32,000 nucleotides of DNA, from the NCBI GenBank assembly GCA_965229705.1, contig OZ245922.1:180001-212000 (forward strand), read 5' to 3'. The notes under the pieces were generated by a model. It saw nothing but the letters and a program-made list of their open reading frames with translations, was not told where the DNA came from and did not search any database. Positions 21,878 through 32,000 of this stretch are shown here, one piece after another. The position numbers and the translations under genes are program-made. Each line of letters opens with the position of its first letter. Positions within the stretch are counted from its first letter, which is position 1. This stretch comes from Candidatus Saccharimonadota bacterium. Lineage in GTDB: Bacteria; Patescibacteriota; Gracilibacteria; BD1-5; UBA6164.

Positions 21878-22789
21878 ATGAAGTTTTTTCACTGGGAAAT
21901 TATAAAAGAGGGGCGTTTTTATAATCATAAACGCTATAAGAATATTCTTGAGGATCCATGAAGTTTTTTGGGAAGGAAAATAAACTTTCTCGTTTCTTTT
22001 TGTGTATTTTTATGAGTAGCAGTCATCATATTTGAAACATTACCTGGTATAGGAGATATTTTTTGACGCGAAATATTTCTCCTAGAAATAGGTATTTCTC
22101 TCATATTTGCTTTGGAGTATCTCTACAGGTTTCTGAGAAGTAGGAATAAATGGAGATTTCCTATAAAGATTATGAGCATCGTAGATTTGCTTTCTTTTCT
22201 TCCATTTTTTCTGGGACTCGTATTTCAAATGGTATCGGGATTTGATTTCTTAAAAATACTCAGACTCTTGAGAATACTGAGACTGTTTCATGTTACATCG
22301 CATTCACCGATTGTCCTCGGTTTTATACATACACTTCATAAATATCGTCATGAGTATAAAGCAATCTTTAGTGTGTTTATTACAGTGCTCGTTATCATAT
22401 CGACTTTTGTGTACTATAGTGAAGCATGAGTCAATGAGAGCTTTTCATCTATTCCTGCCGCGCTATGGTGGTGAGTGATTACCATGACTACGGTATGATA
22501 TGGAGATATGGTTCCTATCACATTGTATGGAAAGCTTTTTTGAACAGTTTTGATTTTATTAGGACCAGTACTATTGGCAGTTATATGATCTATTACGATA
22601 CTGGTATTTATGGATGTGTCTGAATGATATAAAACTTCTCAGCTCAAGATGTGCCGTCGATGTCGCACTCTCAATAGAATAGAGGCAAATTTTTGTGATA
22701 ACTGTGGAGAACAAGATTTTGTAAAATACAAGGCTCAGTGAAATGATTTTCAAAAAAGTGATATGAAAAAACTTTTTTCAAAATGATAA
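21878..22789 (+). CDS. Voltage-gated-type (6-TM, S4-containing) K+ channel with C-terminal zinc-ribbon (303 aa)
   Basis: The S4-like segment is FLKILRLLRILRLFH. The pore is ...IPAALWWGVITMTTVGYGD..., with the first Gly of GYG encoded by TGA 22496-22498. The C-terminal tail CRRCRTLNRIEANFCDNCG is a CxxC...CxxC motif. Stop is TAA 22787-22789. Confidence 0.85.
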
Positions 22790-22849
22790 TTGTAATGATA
22801 TAAAAAGTCAGTATAAATAGCTCTATATATATGAATGAGAGCTATTTTT

Positions 22850-24646
<1,797 letters not shown>

Positions 24647-24665
24647 TATATATTCCGCTTTGGGC

Positions 24666-25613
24666 TTATTTTTTTTCAAAATAGTTTTTTTTCGAGAAGT
24701 AGAGGTTGTCCTCTATAAGTTTTCTATTTTTCGCAATCAGGTCTCAAATAATACCAAGAGCAAAGAAAATAGTTGCGATAGTGAGAAAGGATCATGAGAG
24801 AATAAGTGACTGTACTTTTCCGGTATCTCCGCTCGTAGTAAAGTAATAAAACATAAACCTCACTACTCCGAGACTTCCAAGGACAAAAAATATTGCAGCA
24901 AAACTCAAAAAGAGCCTCATAGGATGATACATAGCATATACTCTAAACAGTATCATCAAGGTTTTTCTGATATGTTGCCACATATTTTTAAAAAGCCGAG
25001 AAGGGCGAGTTGGTTTATTAGTTGTTATAGGTATAGATACAATTTTCATTCGTTTACTTCCAGCTTGCACGAGTGTATCAACGGCATAAGAAAAGTCAGA
25101 AGTAACATTGAGTCTGAGAAGAGTTTCACGAGAATACGCACGAAAACCACTCACACTATCAGGAACCTGTGTTCCAGAAAGTACTCTCACAACTAAACTT
25201 CCAAGCCACTGAAAAAACTTTTTGAGAGGAGAGAAGTGTGTGATACTCTTTGTTTGCCTATTTCCCATAACAAAGTCAGCTTGTCACTCAAGAAGAGGAC
25301 CTATAAGGTCAGGGATATATTTTCCTGGGTACTGGTTATCTCCATCAGTATTTATGAGGATATCTGCTCACTGCTTCAATGCCATCTCTACTCATGATCT
25401 AAAAGCATTCCCCAATCACTTATTTCCCACATGTTTGACGATATAGTCTACTTTATATTTATTAGCGATAGCTATTGTTTGATCACTTGAACCGTCATCA
25501 ATGATCATAGTTTCAATCTCATCAATATCGTTTATATTTTTTGGAAGTTCTGCAAGGACGGTAGAAAGAGTCTCCTCTTCGTTATAGCAGGGAACTTGGA
25601 TAATGAGTTTCAT
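24666..25613 (-). CDS. Family 2 glycosyltransferase (polyprenyl-phosphate glycosyltransferase-like) with two C-terminal TM helices, 315 aa
   Basis: Contains MKLIIQVPCYNEEETL...IIDDGSSD...TDGDNQY.... Track ORFs 25416..25613 and 24792..25268 are joined by TGA, and the frame continues through TGA 24792-24794 to TAA 24666-24668. Confidence 0.85.
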
Positions 25614-25642
25614 AACATATTTTCTTATGATGTATATGTGTG

Positions 25643-25670
25643 ATTATATCAACAAATGTGTGTATCTCAA
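25643..25670 (-). promoter_or_regulatory. Candidate internal promoter for the GT2 gene (TTGAGA-16 nt-TATAAT on minus)
   Basis: The plus strand shows attata at 25643-25648 (-10) and tctcaa at 25665-25670 (-35). It sits between the EamA stop (25675-25677) and the GT2 ATG (25613). Confidence 0.4.
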
Positions 25671-25674
25671 AAAT

Positions 25675-26579
25675 TTATACATTCCCCCCAACAACAATAC
25701 ACACTACTCAGAGGAGTGTGATAAGCGCCGCAAAAAATTTTTGAGAAATATATTTTTCACGAAAATACAGCCATCAAATCAGAACATTCAACACCCCACT
25801 AGCGCGCTTGAGAGAAATCACATATACTACAAGTGTCAGTTTCAGAGCGATAAACTGTAACACCATCATCACTCATCACACTCATGCGAGGAGAAATATT
25901 TTTTTGCATTCTTGTATACCAATCTTACATTCTATTTTTTTACTTTGTCTAGGTATTTGAATCACAAGAAGAAACAATCATAAAAAAAGGCTTATACACA
26001 TACTTGTAAGAAAAACCATGAAAATACTCCATATATTTCTATGCCCAATTTATCAAGAGGAGAAGCAATACTCCAGAGAAATGCGCTCAGCATCATATAT
26101 CTCGCTCAAGTATTTGAAAATAGTGCTTTTATAGGTCAAAAAAGACCTGACTTTGCTTCGTGTATTTGGAGAAAATATGTTCAAAAAAATATAAGACCTA
26201 CTCATATATATCACGAAGTATTTGGGATTTCTCCCGTAATGATAAATGATGTAACAATCAAAAACGGGAGAGTAAATGCGCTCATCGGTCAGACGATAGA
26301 GAGATCGCCATACTTGACAGCTTTTAGCGCGCTCACGGTTGTAATACTATTCAGTAGGGCAGATCACAATAGCAGAGAAAGTGCTCAAGCAGAAAAATCA
26401 ATATAGTTCACAAATATTAGCCCAGGAATCAGGAGAAGAAAAAATGAAAGAGCTCTTATCGCAAAAGCAAGAGAATACTCATCAAGATTGATATTCTGAG
26501 AGCTAGTGATATTTTTTCACACTCACTCTGAAAGAGACTTGAAAAATGCAACAAGTAACGCCAGTCATATTCCTATCAT
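25675..26579 (-). pseudogene. EamA/DMT-family 10-TM transporter interrupted by a -1 frameshift near the T5 run (plus-strand A5 at 26011-26015)
   Basis: Frame A runs from ATG 26579 to TAA 25992-25994 (195 aa, ...LKAVKYGDLSIVGPMSAFTLPFLIV...). The -1 frame is open from 26019 to TAA 25675-25677 (114 aa) and ends in a typical second EamA domain: ...YVISLKRASGVLNVLIGWLYFREKYISQKFFAALITLLGVVCIVVG. Together they give about 300 aa. Confidence 0.6.
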
Positions 26580-27901
26580 TATCTTCCGATTGAGTGATAC
26601 TGGAAACCATACTCCTCTATACCTTTCTCCCAAATATTTCGACCATCAATGATCATATTTCCACGCATCGTTTTCTTCATTTTTTTAAAGTCTGCTACAC
26701 GAAACTCATCCCATTCAGTGACGAGTATGAGTACATCACTCTCTTCAAGCGCTTCGTAGGAGTTTGTATGAAAACTCATATTTTTGTGATGACTATAATC
26801 TTTTTTGATTTCTTCAAGCGCGATGGGGTCATAGACAGAGATATGTTCAGCAGATTTTTCTATAAGGTGGTCTATGATATATCTTGCAGGCGCATCACGA
26901 GTATCATCAGTGTTGGGTTTAAAACTGAGTCACCATAGTGTCACTCGTACATCTTTCAAAGCATCAAAATGTTCTTCAATAATATCAAGACAGAGAGATT
27001 TTTGAGCAGTATTTATTTTTTCAGCAGCGTCTATAATATGAAAATCATGATCATACTCTTTTCCCGTCTCGATAAACGCTCGGACATCTTTAGGGAGACA
27101 ACTCCCACCATATCCTATTCCAGCTGAGAGAAAACTCTTTCCAATACGCGAATCAAGACCAATACCTTGCGAAATATCACTGATATTTCCTCAAAGTTTT
27201 TTACTAAAGTTTGCGATATCGTTGATAAAACTAATCTTCGTTGCAAGAAAAGCGTTTGCCGCATACTTAATAATCTCAGCAGAGATTATATCTGTCCAGA
27301 CTATTTGCACATCTTCTTTTTTCAGAGGTTTGTATATTTCTCTCATTATCTTCTTTGAAGTTTCTCACTGCAGTCAGATAACGATTCTTTCTGGGACGAG
27401 AAAGTCGTTGATGGCACTTCATTCTCTGAGAAATTCGGGGTTAGATACGACATCAAAATCAATATTTTTTTCTCGCTCGTAGATAGCTCTTTGAATAATT
27501 TTTTTGCACTCTTTCGCCGTTCAGACAGGAACAGTAGACTTATTGATCAGTACCTTATGTTCTTGCACATACTCTCAAAAAGTTTTTGCTACTTCGTAGA
27601 CATATTTGAGGTCTGCCTTGTTTCCATTTTCTGTATCTGGAGGAGTTCCTACTGCTGAAAAAATAGCTTTTCAAAAAGCTATTCCTTTTTTCATATCAGT
27701 TGAAAAAGAGAGTCTTCACGAAGCAGTATTTCTCTCTACCAGAGCTTGTAATCCTGGCTCATAGATAGGAATATTTCATTTTTTTAGGTTTTCTATTTTC
27801 CGTGTATCAATATCAATACACAGTACTTCATGACCAACTTCAGCGAGACAGGTACCTGTCACGAGACCGACATATCATGTTCCAAAAATTGAGATTTTCA
27901 T
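26579..27901 (-). CDS. ugd: UDP-glucose 6-dehydrogenase
   Basis: Contains [16 protein letters not shown] (the middle Gly of GxGxxG = TGA 27875-27877), ...NPEFLREGSAI... and the catalytic ...[10 protein letters not shown].... Its C-terminus is track ORF 26579..26779. The TAA stop overlaps the EamA ATG (TAATG). Confidence 0.92.
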
Positions 27902-27968
27902 GAAAATAAATTAGTATTTTTTTCTTGAGTATATAGTATTTCTTCTAAGAATACAGATAAAAAAACAG

Positions 27969-28253
27969 ATGCCAAAAATTATTGTAAAATCAGCGGATAA
28001 TACGCTCCTCAAAGAGCTAGAAGTATGAAGTGAAAAACCATTACTTAAACAACTAGAGTGACAATGAATAGAGATCCCAAATGCCTGTAATATGTGAATG
28101 TGTGGCGCGTGTATGTGCTATATTGACGATGATTCTCGAGCAGTAAAAAATCTCAGGGGAGAACCTTGTTTTCCTCTCTGAGAATGAGAAATAATGACCT
28201 GTATTTGATGAGTGACAGAGGGAGAAGAGATTATTTTACATACTATGACATAA
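27969..28253 (+). CDS. [2Fe-2S] ferredoxin (plant/vertebrate-type Cys pattern), 94 aa
   Basis: Sequence is MPKIIVKSADNTLL...IEIPNACNMGMCGACMCYIDDD...EIMTCIGGVTEG.... The Cys pattern is C-x4-C-x2-C plus a distal Cys. It has about 9 in-frame TGA. Stop is TAA 28251-28253. Confidence 0.6.
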
Positions 28254-28256
28254 GCG

Positions 28257-28502
28257 ATGATATATATTTTTTCAAAAACATACTGCCCCTATTGTTCTCA
28301 CGCAAAATCATTTCTTGATTCTCTTGGGAAAAGCTATGAGGAAATCAATCTCGATCATGATCCAGAAAAGATGCAGGAGATCGTTGGTATCACTGGCATG
28401 ATGACGGTTCCACAAATATTTGATGGAGATATCAGCAGAGAAAATCTTATTTGAGGATATGATGATATGATGAGAAAATATGAGACTGGAGAAATTTTTT
28501 AG
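28257..28502 (+). CDS. Glutaredoxin
   Basis: Sequence is MIYIFSKTYCPYCSHAKSFL...TVPQIFDGD...LIGGYDD.... It has the CPYC active site, TVPQIF, and GG-DD with the first Gly encoded by TGA 28452-28454. Stop is TAG 28500-28502. Confidence 0.85.
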
Positions 28503-29317
28503 ATATCATCTTCATCAACAATTAGTTCAAGAGGTTTGAGATAATCTCCTCAGATGTTTGGAATCACAATAGAGTCTCCTTCTATGAGAGCTGTTTTATT
28601 GAGTTTGAGTGTTTCGAGCATCCCCGCATTTCTACTGATAAGAAAATTGTATTGTTGTAGAAACTGGTTGATAAATACGATTTGTGTAAAAGAGTCTGTA
28701 TATTTTTCTCTTTCTGTGTAGTAGAGCTGTACTTCATCAATGGTTTCTTGGGGTTTCGCTGAGGAAAAACTGTTTTCCATTCTTGCCTTAATTTGGCTGA
28801 TATTTGACTGAGCTTGCTGGAGTTTTTCGAGAGTTTCTTTCTTCCTCAACTCAAGACTCTTGATACTTACTTGCGCATTTTCTGCTCTTTGACTAAAGCC
28901 AGATATGAGAGAATTAAGAGTTTTTTCTTTTTGAGAGCTTTGCGCTATAGCCTGTTTTACATCGATACGAGAAAAGTTTAAGTATTCTTGAGTATGAATA
29001 ATATTTTCTTCTACAAAGTCGAGCGTGAGGGGGCTACCAGAGAGATAATTATATGATCATAGCGTGTTTTGTCCTGATATCTTTTGAGAGTTTTGTCCCA
29101 TTCAAATGCGTGTTGAGATAGCAACTGCTGCCCCACTTGCTCTTGAACTGTAGGCTGATCGAAGTTCGGTACTTGTATGATATTCAGAGTTCTTTTTCTC
29201 GGCAAAGATACTATGATTATTTCCTACGAGAAAAAAAATAACCTGTAATAGGATAAACAAAAATACTGAAAAAATGGCTATTTTTCAGAATGTTTGGAAT
29301 TTTTGTCTTTGGGTCAT
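28499..29317 (-). CDS. Hypothetical N-terminally membrane-anchored coiled-coil protein (272 aa)
   Basis: ATG 29317 starts MTQRQKFQTFGKIAIFSVFLFILLQVIFFLVG.... The frame is open through several TGA into track ORF 28550..28849 and on through TGA 28550-28552 to TAA 28499-28501. The 3' end overlaps the glutaredoxin gene by 4 nt. Confidence 0.5.
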
Positions 29318-29450
29318 ACTAGGGGGATTTATCACTATATATACAAAAGTGTAACATATTTTTTCTTTAGAGGGAAATTTTGAGGCTATTTTTTCGTGAT
29401 TTTTCTATTTTTCTCTATATGATTCTCCGAATTATATACTAGCATCGCTT

Positions 29451-31670
29451 ATGCCAAAGCAGAAGATTTTCACACTCAAAAGTTCTTATACACCAGCAGG
29501 AGACCAACCACAAGCAATACAAAGTCTCGAAACATATATACACTCTGGTCACTGCTGGCAAACACTTTGGTGAGTAACAGGATCAGGAAAGACTTTTACT
29601 ATGGCAAATCTCATAGAAAAGATTTGAAAAAAAACTCTCATTATTGCCCATAACAAAACTCTTGCAGCGCAACTAGCTCAAGAGTTTAAGGAGTTTTTTC
29701 CCGATGCAGCAGTCCACTACTTTGTCTCGTATTACGACTACTACCAACCAGAAGCGTATGTCTCGAAAACAGATACATATATTGAAAAAGAAGCAACTAT
29801 CAACGAAGAAATAGATAGGCTTCGTCATGCGGCAACACAAGATTTATTGAGCCGGGAAGATGTGATTATTGTTGCTTCAGTGAGCTGTATTTATGGTATT
29901 GGAGATATATCGGCGTATAGAGATCAAGTGTTTTCTATAGAAAGTGGAAAAGAGTATGTGATAGAAGAGATTCTCAAGAAACTTATTACGATACAATATT
30001 CTCGAGCAGGCGCGGACTTTAAACCGGGAAATTTTTTATTGCAGTGAGATATTCTTGAGCTATGGCCTGCAAGTAAGGAATATGTGTATACGATAGAATT
30101 TTGGTGAGAAGAGGTCTCGCAAATAACGACAAGGCATCCTATATCATGAGAGATATACGAGTATCATGAATATATAGATATTTTTCCCGCAAAACACACA
30201 GTTAGTTCTCGAGAGACTATTAACAGGATTGTTCCTCAGATTAAAAAAGATCTTGAAGAACGACTTGCGTATTTTCAAGATGAACGGTGAGATATTGTGA
30301 AATATGAACGACTCAAGTCCAAGGTAGAATATGATATAGAAATGATGCAAGAAGTTGGCTATGTAAATGGAATCGAAAACTATTCTCGTTATCTTGATGG
30401 TAGAAATATAGGAGAACCACCACAGACTTTGATAGATTATTTTTGAGAAGATTTCCTCACCTTTATTGATGAATCTCATATGACTATTCCTCAGATATGA
30501 GCGATGTATGCGTGAGATAGAAGCCGAAAAGAAAATCTCGTAGAAAATGGCTTTCGTCTTCCTGCAGCTCTTGATAATCGTCCTCTGACATTTCCTGAGT
30601 TTGAGGCAAAGCTCTCTCAGGTAGTGGCTGTTTCAGCAACCCCCGCAGATTTTGAAATAGGCAGGAGTAGTATAACTTTTACAAATAATGAACAAGAGCA
30701 AAAAACCCCTTCACTCACAGAAAAGGAACTTGCAAGTCAAGAGAATGATGGAATCCAAGCCTTTCAAAACTTTGACGCAACTTCCTGACAACTCTGGAAA
30801 GATAGAGATGATCTCAGAGTAGTTCCTCAGCTTATACGTCCTACAGGTTTACTTGACCCGAGTATTTGTATCAAACACATGCAATATATGGTAGATGATG
30901 TGATGAAGAATATTTCAGATATTGTAGAAAAAAATCAAAGAATGCTGATTACTACTCTGACTAAGCGATCTAGTGAAGAACTCTCAGAGTATCTCATAGA
31001 TAATGGTGTAAGAGTTCAGTATCTTCATAGTGAGGTAGATACGCTTGAGAGGCTTGAGATTTTAAAAGATTTGAGAGAAGGAAAAATAGATGTGATCGTA
31101 TGAGTGAATCTTTTGAGAGAATGACTCGATCTTCCCGAGGTTTCAAAAATAGCAATTCTTGATGCTGATAAGCAGGGGTTTTTGAGGAGTGAGTCGTCGC
31201 TTATACAGATTATATGACGCGCAGCAAGAAATGCTGAGGGGGAGGTGAGTATGTATGTGGAGAAAGTGACTTCTCCTGACTTGCAAAAAGACAATGTTTC
31301 CTGACAGGGCAATAATACAGAACATCTTACTTTTCTCAACAAAGGGAAGTATATACGCTGTGATGGTTTGGTTATTTCTCATGCTATGAAAAAGGCGATT
31401 GATCTCACATATTATCGTCGAGGGATACAGATCGCGCATAATGAAAAAAAGGGAATTATTCCAAAAACGGTTTATAGTTCTATCAAGGATATTGGTATCC
31501 CAAGTAAGAAAAATAAGTTTGAGAAAAAAGACCCAAAAACTCTTGAGCAGGAGATTACAAGACTTGAGCTAGAGATGGATATTGCCGCTGCAAATATGGA
31601 GTATGAACGCGCAGCGGAAATACGCGATGAACTTTTGGAGTTGAAGGGCTCAAAGAAGGGGAAAAAGTAA
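29451..31670 (+). CDS. uvrB: Excinuclease ABC subunit B
   Basis: Contains [11 protein letters not shown], Walker A LWGVTGSGKT (first Gly = TGA 29571-29573), [43 protein letters not shown] and a C-terminal UVR motif (...[17 protein letters not shown]). Track pieces 29847.., 30879.. and 31368.. are co-framed. Confidence 0.93.
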
Positions 31671-31673
31671 ATA

Positions 31674-31701
31674 TTGTATTTTTGAGAAAAATCTCTATAA
31701 T
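31674..31701 (+). promoter_or_regulatory. Candidate ssrA promoter (TTGTAT-16 nt-TATAAT)
   Basis: -35 is at 31674-31679 and -10 at 31696-31701. The mature tmRNA 5' end (GGGG) is at 31718. Confidence 0.35.
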
Positions 31702-31717
31702 GCTACTACTCTATTTT

Positions 31718-32000
31718 GGGGTCAATCTTGGTTTCTACTGAGAGAATATGTATTTTTTATATGCTATCCGGGGGATGTGTGTGACCTCCGTAATCAACAC
31801 ACTCGCATATAAATGCAAAAAGAACTTTTGGAGGACTTGCTTCTTTTATGAAGGGTTCTCGCGTAGCTATTGCTGCGTAGTCTAGACTTACTTTTTAAGA
31901 TCTAGAGTGGCCTTCCGTAAAACGGTATGAGTGCGATTGCCTGCCACATCATCTCTTTCTCGTTTCTTTGAGCGTCGGGAAGGGATTATTACAATTCAAA
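31718..32000 (+). ncRNA. ssrA: tmRNA (SsrA), 3' partial at window edge
   Basis: The 5' GGGGUCAAUCUUGGUUUCUAC resembles the canonical GGGGCUGAUUCUGGAUUCGAC. An H-type pseudoknot (cggggg/cctccg interleaved with gtgtgt/acacac, ~31769-31803) lies just upstream of a tag reading frame ending ...RVAIAA-TAG (31878-31880). The tRNA-like 3' domain lies beyond the window. Confidence 0.8.

Noticed and set aside
25620-25900. Cys-rich small ORFs on the minus strand between the apparent EamA stop and the GT2 gene (MQKNISPRMSVMSDDGVTVYRSETDTCSICDFSQAR and MAVFSGKIYFSKIFCGAYHTPLSSVYCCWGECINFGDTHICGYNHTYTS), which looked like peptide precursors.
   Set aside because: Another frame of the same strand encodes a convincing second EamA domain across this region. 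A good promoter for the GT2 gene also lies inside the second small ORF.
25603-26406. Plus-strand track ORFs 25603..25860 (85 aa) and 26041..26406 (121 aa).
   Set aside because: Both are antisense to the EamA transporter reading frames. They have no recognisable motifs and are shadow ORFs.
29011-29205. 64-aa minus-strand ORF (MPRKRTLNIIQVPNFDQ...) free of TGA.
   Set aside because: It needs a TTG start right after a TAG and dead-ends. The overlapping frame is open for 273 codons from an ATG with an N-terminal TM helix into track ORF 28550..28849, which is far less likely by chance in AT-rich DNA.

Overview
AT-rich, gene-dense bacterial chromosome segment that only makes sense if TGA is read as glycine (translation table 25, as in Candidatus Gracilibacteria/BD1-5 or Absconditabacteria/SR1). 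The ORF track breaks nearly every conserved gene at in-frame TGA. Joining the pieces gives about 30 coding regions, all ending in TAA or TAG. Housekeeping genes are gatB, argS, a long Rel/SpoT, rpsO, a class B PBP, cysS, metG and uvrB. There are also tRNA-Leu(GAG), tRNA-Phe(GAA) and the 5' part of tmRNA. A minus-strand envelope operon holds ugd, a frameshifted EamA transporter and a GT2 glycosyltransferase. Small redox proteins include two 2Fe-2S ferredoxin-like proteins and a glutaredoxin. Also present are a 6-TM Kv-type K+ channel with a C-terminal zinc ribbon, an M48 peptidase and a GIY-YIG protein. Accessory content comprises a 746-aa polytopic membrane protein, a small-protein/AbiEii-like nucleotidyltransferase pair, a DUF4143-type AAA ATPase with a degenerate P-loop, and a RelE-type toxin-antitoxin pair. 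The items most worth follow-up are: (1) two ~138-nt non-coding elements, ~88 % identical, in inverted orientation at 2272-2410 and 9291-9427, bracketing a 6.9-kb segment; (2) twin GC-rich perfect palindromes at 9049-9097; (3) a 567-nt gene-free gap at 14450-15016 full of strong RNA-like hairpins; (4) the -1 frameshift in the EamA gene. No CRISPR array, transposase, integrase or rRNA was seen. All calls come from hand translation and motif recognition, with no database search.
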